Source of the DNA: Cyanophora paradoxa CCMP329
Taxonomy: Eukaryota; Plantae; Glaucophyta
Reading direction: 5' to 3'
Length of the DNA stretch: 64,000 bases
Assembly: GCA_004431415.1 (NCBI GenBank)
Contig: QPMI01000066.1
Span: forward strand, 62,001-126,000
Numbering within the stretch: the stretch's first letter is position 1; the number at the start of each line of letters is the position of its first letter. A program made the position numbers and the translations under genes. The notes beneath the pieces were generated by a model. That model ran no database searches. It worked only from the letters and a program-made list of their open reading frames with translations, and was not told where the DNA came from. Positions 23,601-37,300 of the stretch are shown piece by piece.

Positions 23601-26292
23601 CTGGTGGAGGCCTCCCACTCGGCCCTTACCACCACCTCCATGAAGGCACGCCCCGCCCCGCTCCGCTCGGCTCTGCTCCGCTGAGCTCTGCTTGGCTCCG
23701 CTTGGCTCCGCTTCGCAGTGGGTGGCCGAGCACGCGGAGCCGGAGGAGTACCTCGCGGGGGAGCTGGGCGTGCACCCCGCCCTCCTCCCGACCCTCGCCG
23801 GCCTCCGCCTCGCCACCGTGCGCGCCGCCCGAACGCGAACGAAGGCGAGCGAGCGGGGCCTAAGGGACTGCGGCAGGATCTGGAGGCGCTTCGGGTGCTC
23901 GAGCGGCCGCCGCCGCGCCCCGAGCTCCAGCCCAACAACGGCGCGCTCGAGGTCTCCGTCCGCTGGGGCCGCCTCGCCCCGTCGGGGCCGGAGGCGCCGC
24001 TGGCGATGCCGGAGGGGTGCCCCCTGCTGGCGGCCCTCCCGGCCCTCGCGGAGCGGTGCTGCTGGCCCCGTCGTGGCACGCCGTACCTCTTCGCCCTCCT
24101 CGCCCGGGACCTCGCCTCCCGCGCCGCCGACCCCGCCGCCCTCCTCCGCGCCGCCGACGCCGCCATCGCCCCCGCCTCGCCGGCGGCGGCGCCCTCCGCC
24201 CCTCGGGCGCCGCCCAGTGGCGCGTCGCGCGCGCCCTCGCCGGCATCGATCCCGCCGAGCCGCTCGTCTACGTGCAGGCCTCGGGCCTGCCCCCGCCGCG
24301 CCCGTCGGCGGCGCTCCCGTGCCCCTCCGTGCGCGCCGTCGTGGCGCTCGGGGCGGGGTACGCCTCCTCTGAGGACGTGGCGGCCGGCCCGCCCCCGGAG
24401 GCCTTCGACCTGATCGACGCCGACGACGCCGGCGGCTCGGCCGCCTTCCTCGTCCCCGCCGGCCTCGACGCCACCGCCGCGCGCCCAGACACCGTCTTCG
24501 CCCTCCTCGCCGCCGAGTCCGGCGCGCCCCTCGCCCCCCGCGGCGCCCTCCCGTACCCCTCCCTCCGCCGCCTCCCGTCCCCGCCCGTGCCCCGCTCGGC
24601 CCTCGTCCTCCGCGCGCCCCTGGGCGCCGCCCCCGCTCCGCCGACAGGGGTTGCCTCCGTCGAAGAGTCCGAGTCGGGGTACGCCGTTCGGCTCGCCGCC
24701 GACGGGCCGGGCCCCCTCTCTGTCCACATGGAGTCCGACCGCGTGGCCCTCATCCGCCTCGGTGCGCGCTGCGCCCGCCCCTCCGGCAGCTCCCTCCTCT
24801 GACGCCCGCGGGCGCAGGCGCGGGCGGGGCCGCAGCCCGCGTCGCCTTTTCCCACCCCGTCGAGCCCGAGCAAGGATTCGAGCCGGGCAGCAGCGAGGCC
24901 GGTCCCGGCGCTGGCGCCCCGCGCGCCCCGTCGCCGCCCCTCTCCCTGTCCGCCCGCCGCTCCCCGCGCTCCGCGCCCCCCCTCGGCGCCCGCTGCGCCT
25001 CCTGCGGCGCCTCCGATGGGCTCAGCTGCTGCGCGCGGTCCGTGCCTCCCGTCCTCTTCTCCGTCTTGTTCGCCGCACGCGTCCCGTGCTGAACGGCCGC
25101 GGCCGGCGCGCGCAGGTGCAAGGGGGTCTGGTACTGCGGCGCGGCGTGCCAGCGGGCGGACTGGGCCCAGGGTCACCGCCCCGTCTGCCGCGCCCCGGCC
25201 GAGCAGCCGGCGCAGCCGGCCCCCGCGGACCCCGCGGGCCCCGCCGTGCTACGCTTCCGGAAGGCGCCGGCGGCGGACCGCGTGCGGCTCGACCTGGCCG
25301 CCCTTCCGGAGTGGGGCTCCGATCCCGAGTCTGAGGCGAGTGTACCCGTCCCGCCCTCGTCCCCGCCTTCCGGCTCGCTGAGGCGCCCGCCTTCGGGCCC
25401 CGCAGAGCGTCGACGAGCACCTGGCGGCGATGTACCCCTCCGGGCCCGGCGAGGCTGGCGGGTTCGGGTCCGGGACGGACCTCAGGGATACCCTCTTCTT
25501 CCTCTTCGCCCAGTTCGCGGGGGTGCGCGCGCGTACCCCCGCCCGCCTCGCCCTTTTCCGCCATCTGAGGCGACATCCTCCCCGTGCAGGAGGGGGTACG
25601 GAGCCACGCGGTGCTGGCGAGGGGGGGCAGGAAGGCGAAGCCGACCCTGGTAGCCGTCGTGCACGCCCGCGCCCTGCGGCGGGCCCCAGGCGGTGCCCCG
25701 CTCCTCCACGTGGGGTACGCGGACGCCTCCGACCCGCGCTGGAGCCACGACAAGGCGCGCCCGGCCTCCACCCCCCCCCCCTTTCTTTGCCCTCCCGGGT
25801 ACCGGCGGCCTTACCTCTGCGGCAGCTCGAGGCGCTGGCGGCGGCCGCGGCCGCCGCGGAGGGCTCCCGCGGCCTTCGCACCTTCGAGGTACGATTTGAA
25901 CGCCGTACCCCCTCCCTCCTCCATCCCCCCGGTGCTCAGTCATGCGCTCAGGTGAGCGACGGGGAGCTGGGGGCGCTGCGGGGCCTCCTCGCGGGGAACG
26001 GTCGCCTGGTGGACCCCGCCGGCAGCGCCGTCGAGCTCGCCGGCGTACCCCTCCGCCCCAGGTCCGCCCCTCCCTTCGTGCGCGCAGCTGTAGCTGGCTG
26101 AGCGAACGCGCGCGCGGCAGCTTCCTCGCGCCGCTCTACCACCGCGCGAGCCTGCGGCAATGGGACGCGGCCGGGTCCCGGCCCCGGCCCCGGCCCCGCC
26201 CCCGCGTCGCCCCCGCCCCCCGCCGCCCCGGCTCGAGCTCCGGGCCGCGGCATTCCGGGCCCGCAGCCGCGGCTCCGGTTGCGAGCAGCTAG
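20629..26292 (+). CDS. TPR + DUF4470-like + MYND zinc-finger protein (multi-exon)
   Basis: TPR helices (GRYEVAAGAFGAAL, AHWRLAKCWFALRRFREAADAC, AAALFRRALAEDAGDVEARARLA). DUF4470-type YPFGNTAA...LLYIGVGDVRNVLRT...FHLCDMDRCVLAR and FDFIDTSNVVDNVG-LWALLVA. MYND CASCGASDGLSCCAR|CKGVWYCGAACQRADWAQGHRPVC at 24994-25188. Confidence 0.82.
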
Positions 26293-26985
26293 GGGCCTAG
26301 CTGCCCACTGGCATGCGCAGGCCCAGCCCCTGCGGGCCTCAGCAGTTGGCCGTGAGAAGCCAATCGCGCTCTTTTTTTGGACGTCGACGTCGGTGCTATA
26401 GTGCTTGCATTCAGCTGCAGTGACTGGTCTTAGGATCTGGACCACCAATCGATCTCCGTGCAGTCTATTGTGATCTTGATATATTGAATCATCTCTTTTT
26501 GCTTTTTCGCCTCCACGTCTAGGTGTTTTCGCCGTAGAGCCCGAGGTCTCCATTTTTAATTTCGGTCTGGGGCCGTGCTGCGGCTACACATCTGTGCTTG
26601 CTGCCTTTCGATTGATCGGATTCCGCGAGATTTAGCAGGAATATTTAGATATCATGATCAGTTCAATTTGAATAGATCCATGCAGTGAGTTCTCGTCGAG
26701 TGCCAGACATTTTTCTCATCGTGCCAATTTGGTACAGTGATCGGGAATACCATAGCAGTGATTTAAAAGTAGATCAAAGTAGCTGGAATTGGAAGCAGAT
26801 TCGAAATCATCGTCTGCTGTGTTGTTGATTTTGATCATGCTCCTGATCCGCGGCACTGGTACGCGCATGCGGTCTTCGAATTTCAGCATGCGCAGGCGCC
26901 GCAGCCGTACGCGTCGACGTCGCGATCACCCAACATACCCAGGCGGAGACTGCTGGCTTCAAATTAAAGCTTCAGGCTTAAGAAT

Positions 26986-29600
26986 CTAGACGGCTTCGAA
27001 TTCATCGATATAGTCATCGTCGTCCGAATCGATATCGTCGTCGTCCGAATCATCGTCGTCGTCCGAGTCATCCGGGTCGAGGGCGGAGGGGGCCGCGGCG
27101 ACCCGCTCCAGGAACGCGAGCGCCTCGGGCGGCAGGCGGCGCCGCATCGTCGGCTCGATCGCGATCGACGCCGGGGCCGCGCGCCACGGCCACTGCGAGA
27201 GTCACATTAATTGTGAATTTGATATTAAAATCAGGTAGTGTCTTAAAAGACTATTTCATAATTTGTGCATGATCTAAGGCATGCGCATGCGCGTATGTAC
27301 GCGTGCGCGCTCTCGCGAATGGCTCTCGCGTTGACGGCGAGGGCGGGGCGGGGCGGGGCGGGGCGGGGCGGGCCCGGGGCGGGGGGCCCAAGCTTGAGGG
27401 CGGGCGCACGGGTACTATTAGCCAAGCTTAAGCTGAAAGACTAGTAGTACTATTTCATAATTTGTACATGACCTAAGGCACGTTGACGGCGAGGCCTAAA
27501 TCAGATAGTGTCTTAAAAGACTATTTCATGTCTATGCATATGGCACGTGTTCGTGCGGGTCAACGTTGACGGCGAGGGCGGGGCGGGGCGGGGAGGGGCG
27601 GGGCGGGGCGGGGGGCCCAGGGGGCGGGCGCACGGGACCCTTGGAGAGGGCGTAGGTGCGCAGGAGGGCGGCCGCCTCGAGCACGGAGAAGCGGTCCGTT
27701 CCTGCGCCGCATATAAGATCAGATATTAAAATCAGACGTCCGTCCCATCGGGTGGGGGGGGGGGGGCCGAATGAGCAATTTACACCGTGGGGGCGATGCC
27801 CTCACCCCTCCTGAAAAGAAATAAGATAGTGTCTTATATAAGACTATGTCATTATTTGAAGCTTAAGCGATCCCTTTCTGCGCCGTCGACGCGCGCGCGT
27901 ACGTCGACGTCGACGACGACGTCCGCACGGGGGGCGGCGTCCGAATTCGAACGTTGAACTCTGCTAGTAATTCGGATCCCGGAGGCCCAGGGTCGCACCC
28001 TTTGAGAGCAAAAAGTACTAGTGACCTCTTGTGAACTCCGCGTGCACCGTGTCGCCCTAATTATATAAAGCCGGGCGCGGCGTCACTGAGGCAGAGAAAG
28101 TATGTAAACATATTCTAGATCGATATCTATGGCTTAGAATTAATCGCAATCCTCGCTCGAGCTCGCGCACGTAACGATCGGTGAAGGAGAGGCGGATCTC
28201 CGCGGAGAGCTCGTTCTGCTCGCCGATGCGGCGCGCCCGGGTGAAGAGCCCGCCGATCTCCTCCTCGAGGCTCGGGGGCAAGACGCGGAGGAGTGACGGG
28301 GCCTTAGGCCTAGGCCTAGGCCTAGGCTTCTTGCCCGCCCCCGCCTTCGATTTCGAACTCGTCCGCGGCGCCTCGCGGGGCGCGAGGCTGGCCTCGCGCG
28401 CGAGCAGTTCGACGGCGGTCTCCACGAGCTCGGAGATGGGCCAGTAGCCCAGCGAGACCAGATCGAACTTTAGGGCGAACAATTTGCTGCCTGCGTATAC
28501 ATAGCCATGGATCCGGACCATGGCCAGTGCACGTGGGTGCCGTGGCCAGGGAAAGGAAGCCGAGATCGAATAATCAATCCAATCGCAAGCACTTGCTCAC
28601 CGGCTACAGATTTAAGGTTCTCTCCCTCAATTTCATAATCATACGTGTTGAAGCGCCAGCCTGGGAAACTAACGCCCTGTCCGAGGATCGGGAAGAGTTA
28701 ATATTCGAACGAGATATTCCTTTATTGATCGCGATCGCAAGGAAATTTACCGCGGCGTCGTCCGTCGTCCGCGCGTCCCCTGAGTGCACGCAAAAAAGCG
28801 CAATTAGACTGCTAAACGAGGCAGACGCGCTAGCTCGAGAAATTATGGACTGATGTGCGCACGGTTCTTTCTCTTGCACGCTTCGATTCCTTTCTCGATC
28901 CGCTCAGCGAGCGCCGCTTTCGTCACGCGGCGCAGGAGCCCCGCAACCGCGTCCCTCGAAAAGACCCTGCGCGCGCGCGCGCGTTCGCTCGTTTTAATTT
29001 GAGTGAGCAGGTTGAACTGCGTGAGCAGCTGCAGGGACGGACCGGTCGGGATCCGCGCCCACGTCCTCTGCCTCCGAAAACGACGACAACGATTTCAAGA
29101 AACCCTGAACGTCTTTTCCTGTCGCCGCTTCGATATCGATCGCGCTGCCCTCCATTTCAGAATTTGCAATTGGCTCGCCCGCGGCGCCGATCGCGACGAT
29201 GTCGATCGTCCGAAAATCCAAGCTGCCACCAGCATTCGGCTGCGACCTTTTCCATGGCCATGCATATGTCCACGGGCTGCACTTTGCGCTGAACTGCAGC
29301 TTTAAATTTCGGACCGGGAGACGACGCTCGCACGGCACATGTACATGTGCATGCGCGCAGACGTCAATAGAAAATGGCTTCCCCGGCGACCGCGCGCCGA
29401 CCGTATACGTAGGCGATCCGGCGCACGTGCCGGCGATGAACGCGAGATCCTGGCCCGGCATCTCTTGCAATTGACCCCGTCTCGTTTCGACTCTAGATCG
29501 ATATCTAGATCTAGATCTAGATCTCCTCTAGATCTCCCTCAAGCTCGATGTATTCTCGCCTGGCGCCGAGCTGCCTCGCCTGGCCGCATTCTTCGCCCAT
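26986..29600 (-). pseudogene. Unknown multi-exon gene or pseudogene with Asp-rich C-terminus (copy 1)
   Basis: Exon-like segments VFSRDAVAGLLRRVTKAALAERIEKG, FDLVSLGYWPISELVETAVELLARE...EIRLSFTDRYVRELERG, TDRFSVLEAAALLRTYALSKG and terminal ...ALAFLERVAAAPSALDPDDSDDDDDSDD...EFEAV-TAG. Start uncertain. Confidence 0.45.
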
Positions 29601-30198
29601 CGCGAGAAAGGTCATCTTTGCTTTAACTTCCCACCCCCGCGCTGCAGCTGGGATCTTCTAGATCTAAGCGGTAGTACGCCGGTCCTCGCATTGCCGGCCG
29701 CTGCGACGGTCAAACACAACAAAGCTGCGACGGCCGCCTCCGCGCGGCCGGGCGCGGCGTGTTCTGGTTCGCTTCGCCCGCGCGCGCCGCCCCGCGCACG
29801 TAAACGTGCACGTGCTCGCGTGCTGAAGGGTGATCCGCGCACGTGCTCGCGTGCTCTTCTCCTTTTTATTTCCCCCTTGAATTCACGGAATTACAACCCC
29901 CCCCCCCCCCCCTTCCTCGAATTCTCCTTTTATTTCCCCCTTTTTTAAGCACTTCTACGTCTGCGAATCGAATCCCATTCCTTGATATCCCCTCTCTTCG
30001 TCGGTCCCCTCTAAAATCATGCTTAGCTCCACCTCGGCCCCCTTGCATGTTTCGTCGTGATTCGACCTTTCAAGCTGACGGCGAGTCAAACTTCGGCGAC
30101 CAAAGCACGAAATCGTGATCACCAGAAGAAATCAATATTAATGCGCGTGCGCAGAGTTCGGCAGACTGATCCTAACTGCTCTCCGACGTCGATCGCAG

Positions 30199-30405
30199 AC
30201 ACGGCGCGCGCCGGCGAGGCTGGACGAGGAGGAGGGCCAGGTGGCGCTGGCGGGCGTCGTGGACTCGGAGGGCGACCTCGCCGTCGCCGCGGAGGAGGCG
30301 GCCCCCGCGGCCGCCGCCGATCGCGACTGCGCCGAGGACTTCGAGCTCGCCGACCTCTACGGCGACTTTGCCGAGGAGGTCGACGCGTACGTCGCGTTCC
30401 TGTAG
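30199..30405 (+). other. Orphan acidic terminal exon (paralog at 47475-47663)
   Basis: Branch/acceptor ctaac...cgcag| then TRRAPARLDEEEG...FELADLYGDFAEEVDAYVAFL-TAG. Both copies end with a stop at the same position. Confidence 0.35.
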
Positions 30406-31397
30406 ATCTAGATCAAGATCTAGATCTAGATGAAAGCGCGCGGTTGCAAGTTGCCCAGATAATCACGCGTGTCGACGTCGAAGCTTCTAATAATAGTAAT
30501 ACATATGTGAGGTAGCAGCGGTTGTACGGTTCGAAAACGGTTTGAGATCCCGTCTGAAATTAAATCAAGCACGTGCACTGCATGCACAGTAACGTTTTTA
30601 ACAGCTCACGAAAATGCGTATGAGCGCTAATCCTGATACTTTTCAAGCAACGCCTGCACTGAGATCTACAGCGAAGGTCGGGAATGGTCCGAAGAAGATG
30701 TATACGTAGCCGTCAGGAGGTGCTGAATGCATTGAAACGCACATACGCACACGAGGCCCGGATCCATCAACCGGTACCGGTACTACATCCTGCAGCTAGC
30801 ACTGTAACGGATTCGAGCTCGCACCGAAATCGGAATGCCTACCGAAACCGAAACCGAAACCGAATTGCGAGCCCCTCCGTCTCCCCCAAACACCCCCCAC
30901 CCCCCCTCCCCCCCCACTTCGCTTTCGCTTTTCCCATCCTCCTGCTCCTACCCCGCCCCGGCCCCCCTCCCCCTCCTTCCCCCCCCCCTCCTCCCCCTCC
31001 GGATCCTTCCCCACTTCAGTTACTTTATCGTATGCACTACCCGTAGCTATAGCGGCGCATGGCAGCTGCAGCTTAGCATTGATAGGTAAATTAGTGCAGG
31101 GGGGTCTACGGTGCAGATCTGGTGAACCTAGGCCTGCACCGGCAAAGCCTGGCCTCTGCTTCGAATTCTCAAAAAAAACGCACGATCTTTGATTTTGCAA
31201 GAATGTACACAATGCATCGTCTGCTATATCTTTGACTCTGTTATCTTAAAATATTACTACCTACGGGGGGCTCACCCCACCGTAGTCTTTCAAAAACAAT
31301 TCAGTTGACCACTATTCTGAACTTTACAAAGCTGTGCAGCTGTGCAGATCTAGACTTACACTTTGCAGTCTGGCGGACTCGCGAATTCCAGTGAACT

Positions 31398-34300
31398 TTA
31401 CATTTCGCCGGCGGCATCGATATCGAACTGCGACTGGCCGTGCAGGTGCGTTGTGCAGACCAGCATATGCATTTCGCAGCGCTTCAGCGCAGCGACCAGG
31501 GCGTCCATTCGCACTGGCTCTGCGATACCGGTGGGCGCCAACGGTTAGCAGGACTCGAGTTTTGCAACGTTAACGTTCATGAAACGAGCTGCCGCACTGG
31601 AGAGATAATCGGACATGCCACACTCGAGGCACTGCTCTCTGTCCCCCGCCATCGCGTTCGCCGTCTGCGGGGGTGCGTCACTTATTTGAATTTGAATTCG
31701 AAAGTTGAATTCGAATGTTCGTGGTTGGGCGCATGCGCACGAGGACGATGATGTAGGGGCGGCGCTCGGCGGGCAGCTCCGCTCTGATGCGGCGCGCCGC
31801 CGTGAGGCCGTCCATCACTGCCTCGCTCACTCAGCGGCGCAGCGAAAGGCGGCGGGGCGGGCGGCGCCGGCGCACCTGGCATCATGACGTCGAGGAGGAG
31901 GCAATGGAACTGGCGCCCGTTGGCGGCCGCCGCGTGCACCGCCGCGAGCGCCTCGGCGCCGTTGCTGACCGCCTGCACCCGCGTGTAGCCCCCCTTCTTC
32001 AGCAGGAGCAGCAGTATCTTCGTGTTCACCTGCGCAGCCGTCAGAGCACAAAACTAATTCAAAATCAAGCTCCGAAAGTCTAGTTCGGACCTCGACGTCT
32101 TCAGCGACCAAAATGCGGAGCTCCGAGGCCGCGGCCGGGGGCGTGGCGCCGGTGGCGGCGGGGGATCCGGAGAACGAGGGGGGCGGCGTGTCCACGCTTT
32201 CCAGCGAGACGGGGCGGGGGCGGGCGCGGGGGCGGGGCGCCGGCTGCGGGCGCTGCGGGCCGTCGGGGGATCCGCATCTCCCGTCCCGGGCACCAATCGC
32301 CGCGTTGACGGCCTCCACAACGGCGCGGGGCTTGACCGGCTTGGGCACCGCCTGCGCGCACGCCTGCGCGGAAGCATTTGCACACACAGCGCTTCGAATT
32401 CGAAGGGCGCTTTCCCAGAAAGAGTTCATGGGCATCGTATTAGGTCTATACTCTGAGATCCCTCTGTGCGTCTTTAAGTAAATTTGCACCTGTACGGTCG
32501 TGCCGAGGCCGGCGGATCCCCGGGCGACGAGGGCGACGCGCGGCACGCCGGCGAGGCGGCGCCAGGCGGGGGAGCTCGAGGGGGAGGCGCCCTCATCCGG
32601 GAGCTGCGGGGGGCGGGCTCAGCGTCCGGTCCGGTCCGGCGGAGTCGGTGGGCCGGGGACGGGGACGGGGACGTACAGCGAAGCCGACGCCGGATCCGGA
32701 GGCGGGCTGCGCCGTGTCGAGAACGCAGCAGTCGAGCGGTCCCGACCCGCCGCCGCCGGCCCCCGCCTCCAGCCCCGGCGCTTCCGCGTCGTCGGCCGCG
32801 GGCGGGGGCAGCTGGAGGTCCTCGACGGCGGCGCCGGCGTCCTCCAGGGCGTCCCGCACCAGAGCCTGCCGCCCGCCCCGCCCCGCCCCGTCTCGCAAAG
32901 CACCGCTCAGCGGCTCAGCAGCTTCGCGCACCCGCGTGACCGGCGAGGGACTCCACACCGCGACGCGGCGGCCGGAGAGGGTGCCGCCGGTCCCGTCGCT
33001 CGGGAGCGGCGGCGGAGAGGGGACGAGCGACGCCCCTTCTTCTGCCAACGCCCGCACCGGGAAAATGACGTTGAACGCAGAGCCCTGCCCCAGCTCGCTC
33101 TCCACTCGCAGGTCCCCGCCCAGCAGCACGGCCAGCTTCCTCGAGATGAAGAGGCCCAGCCTGTCGACGGGTTGGGGCGGACGGCGGACCGGGCTGGGCC
33201 GCAGGCAGTCGAAGCGTGCGTGCCGCACCCCGTGCCGCCGTACTCGCGGGAGTGGGAGGAGTCGACCTGGTAGAACCAGGAGAAGAGCTTCTCCTGGTCC
33301 TCCGCCGAGATACCGATCCCCGTGTCGCGCACCGTGATGCACAGCTGCTCGCCCTCCATCATCCGCGCCGTCAGCGAGACCTCGCCCCGGCTCGTGAACT
33401 TGATCCCTGCGTCGAAATAAAATTAGAGATGATCTGGACTGGAGTTTCGAGCTGGACGCGGGGCGGACCGTTGCCGAGGGTGTTGACGAGGATCTGGTTG
33501 AGGCGGGCGCCGTCGGTGTGGAGGACGGCCGGGCACTCCCGCGCCACGTGCCACGCGAGGTCGATCCCTTTCTGGGCCGCCGACGGGAACATCAGCTCTG
33601 CCGCCTGCGGATCCCGGATCCCGGAGAGGAGGCGTCAGCGGGCAGCGCGCGTAGAAGAGCGGCCGGCCGCAATTGCAACTGCGAGCCGGCGGCGGGTCGC
33701 TCGCGCCTGCTGGAAGAGCTCGCGGAGGACGACGGGGGCGCGCCGGATCTCGACCTTGTTGAACTCGAGGCGGCTCGTGTCCAGGATGTCGTTCAGGATG
33801 TTCAGCAGCGCCAGCGACGAGGTCTGAGGGTGCGAGGGCGCGAGGGTGCGAGGGTGTGAGGGTGCGAGGGTGAGCCGGTCGGCCGACCGCCGACCCGCCC
33901 CGAGCTCCCTCGCCCTCTCGCCCCGCGCGCACCTGAATGACGGTGCAGAACTCGCGCTGCTGCGGGGAGAGCTCCGTGTCGAGCAGGAACTCGCTCATGT
34001 TGCACAGCGCGTTCATTCTTGGGGGGAAATCAACGAGGAGGGTGCGGCGGGGCGCGGGGCGGGGCGCACGGGGTGCGGATCTCGTGGGAGACCATGGCGA
34101 GGAACTGGCTCTTGGCGGCGCTCGCCGCATCCGCCTCCCGCCGCGCCTCCTCCAGCGCCACATTCTGCGCACCGCCCCCGCCCCCGCCGCCTCGGCCCAA
34201 GCCACCGACGAAGAAAGGAGGGGAGGCCTGAGCCGCGGGACGGGCCTGGCGGGCGAGCAGCTCGCGCTGCTCCGTCTCGTTCCGCAGCAGAAGCGACTGG

Positions 34301-37300
34301 CTGATGGCGGCCCCGATCTGCCCGCTCCGATTTAATTTCAGAATGGCGGCATTCGAGTCCGAATCGGTGCACGGGCCTGCTCCGAGACGGTGTCGAGGAG
34401 GCGGATATCCTCCGGCTTCCACTGATCGCGCGCGCACAGGACGAATTCGAATTCGACGCGAATCCGAAGTCGCGGGAGTGCGGGAAACGAGTACGGCCCA
34501 CCTCTCGGACCCGGTCGAGCTGGGCGACAGAGACCAGGGAGTTCGGCCTGAATTCGATGCCAACATTAGCGAACGCGTGCGGGGTTCAGCTTGGGGTCTT
34601 CAGCCATCTGCACAAAAGCGCTCACACTCCTCTGAAGATCGTAGAAACGAACAGAACACTCTTCACGCTCTGCCCGGAATTGACCCGTAACGTTAACGCA
34701 CGGCTTCCAAACACGGAACTCAAGCTTAAGACTTTGGCCCTGGAAAGGCGCACCTGCATCTCGAAGAAGAGTTTTGCAGCGCGGAGGTGCGCCTCTTCGA
34801 AGCCGTTCCGCGCGAGTTCTTCTTCCTGGGGTACGCCGCGCCGGCGCCGGCCGCGGGGTCAGATGGCATCCAGCCGCGCATGTGCATCCGCACACGCGCG
34901 GGTTCGATTTGCGATTGCACGCACGCTGCTGCAGTCTGAAATCGCGATCAGACGCCGGCCACCTGCGCGGCGGTGGAGCGATGAGCGGAGTGACTGGACT
35001 TTACGCTTAGCAGTTTGGGCGCACCGGCGGCAAGACCTTCGAAGATAGGCTTGAAGATCTCGCCAGGGTTGAAGCCGATGCGCGCTTCCGCAGCCAACGC
35101 TGATGCGCGCGCGGTCGCTTAGCCCAATTGCAAGGCGTTGGCCGTGGTTGCGTGGCGGCCGCGACGCACCGATTTCCCTGCCGTCCATGTAGGCGGTGTC
35201 CGGGAGGCCCGGCGCGGCGTCCACGGCAGATCTCGAGAGGTCGGTCCCGTCGAGGCTCCAGACGCGCACGCGGGAGGCGCCGAAGGCCTCGCGGAGGAGG
35301 CGGGCGGAGAGCTGGTACACCTCCCGCACGCCCAGCACCTGGTGAATCTCCCGCGTCATCTGCGGCCGAGGGGGATCGGAGGCGGCGCCGCGCCGGTCAG
35401 CTCGTACCGGCTCGGGGCGGCGGCGGCGGCGGCGGGGGCCGGGGCGGCACCGTCTCGAGGAGGCCCGAGTGGATGAGCTGCTGCTCGAGCTGCGCGGCGT
35501 GCGTCCGCTGCTGCTCCAGCAGCCGCCCGTGCGCGATCGCCTGGATCCGAAATTTGTGGCGAAGTTCGGGAAACAAGAAAACGTGAAGCAATATGCATGC
35601 GCGCACCACGCCGATGTGCTCTGCCACTTGGCGAAGCAGGAGACGGTCCTCGGGGCTCCACACGCACCTTTCACGGCACATAACGACTGCAGTAATATTA
35701 TGTTTCGATCGGGGGTTCATCATGAGAACGATAACGCGAAAACAACATACCACCAATGATTCTGCGAGCGTTGCAATTGGAAGCAATTCAGCGGGATTCG
35801 TATCGGATATTAAAAAAGCCATCAAAAGCCCGCAATGCACCCTTGGATCTGGCCGCGGAAGACCACCTTGGTGGACATGCTGGGGCGCGACACGCAGTGA
35901 GGAGGGCGCAAGGGCGAGGCGCGTTTAACATATACAAACAAGTTTAACGTATATGACCTGGAGCGGGACGCGAAACTGGACGCCGCCTTCAGCAGCTCGG
36001 CGTCCTCGTTGGGGCGAGCCGGCCGCTCGTCCGTCCCCCTCACGTCCGGGAGATGGAGCACGCCGTCTACAGCCGGAATCGAGGTCAGAGAGGGGGCCGG
36101 GCGTGAGGCGCTGGGCGCGCGTGGCTGACCGGGCGAGCCGTGCAGCAGATCCCACCAGGCAGAGCTCGTGGCCGCATCGTATCCGTGGACATCCTAAAAG
36201 AAAGGATCTGTATCGCCGGGACGCGAATCGGAGAAGGGACAGGAGTCATATATACCTTCGGAATTCCGTCGTGTGCGACCCACACCACCTGCGGCAGACT
36301 TCCCATCAGACACGGGGGCGCTGGCCTTCAAATCAAATGGAGAGCAAGTCTGGCGGACGTGCGGGTCCGTAATGGGCTCCTGGTACGTGTTGTCGAAGTA
36401 CTGCCAGAGGGAGCAGCGGTCGACGTTGAACGCCTTTCCCACCAGCTCCGCCCTAGAGAGGAGGAGAGGTTGGCAGGGGTACGCGGGGTGGCGGAAGCCG
36501 CGGCGCGCGCGCACGAGCGGTGGAAGATGTGCTCGATCGATTCGTCGACCTGCGCGGCGCGGCGGTCGGCGCGGCGGTCGGCGCGGGCGCGATGGCGGGC
36601 TCCGGGCGGGGCGGGGCGGGCCTCCTGCGAGATCTCCCGCACGATCCCGGCCAGCAGCGCCGAGTTGCGCACCTGCGTCCACCCGCGTCGGCGGTGGCGG
36701 CGGGCGGCGGGCGGGCGGGCGGGCGGGGCGCGGTGCGGGGGCGGGGGCGGGCCTCGCGCTGCAGGTCGCGGTTCTGGACGGCGACCTGCTCCCGCAGCGC
36801 CGACTGCGCCAGCGCGATCCCGATCTGGTCGGCGACGAGGCGAAGGAAGCGGGAGTCGTCCGGCCCCCAGTTGGCAATCTCGTCCGCCTTCTCGATGACC
36901 AGCACCGCTGAGGAGGAGGAGGAGCTGTCCTTGCCAGACAGAGCGCACACGCAGCTCAGCGTTGTCGCGAATTTCCTGCGACAGCCGCAGGCGCAGGCAC
37001 GTTGGAGCGTGTTCCGCCAAGGCACCTCTCGCATCGGATTCGAATTCGGAGCGCACTGGAAATCGGGCGGCAGCTGCTCGACGCCATTGCGCACGAAGAC
37101 GCCGTCTGCCCGCGGCCCCTCGCATCAGCCCCATGCCAGGTGGGGCGATCCCGACTCGAACGGGTCGCACCGCGGCTGCTGTTGCACAATCCGATGACCC
37201 CCTCGATGAGATCATCGCTCATAGTTACGTCGGAATCCCCGTAGGGAGAGCCCGGGACGGCATACTTTGCGCTGCGCACGCGCCCCGCGCGTCGGCGAAC

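Larger units (their letters stand above)
25035..30870. repeat. Segmental duplication, copy 1 of block X (paralogous to 40996-48130)
   Basis: Colinear alignment by eye from the MYND intron onward. Identical core at 26222-26803; more divergent toward the right end. Confidence 0.92.

Noticed and set aside
27215-27860. CRISPR-like repeats (tagtgtcttaaaagactat / tagtgtcttatataagactat)
   Set aside because: Few, irregularly spaced copies inside introns of a eukaryotic gene, no unique equal-length spacers and no cas genes; a local intronic duplication.
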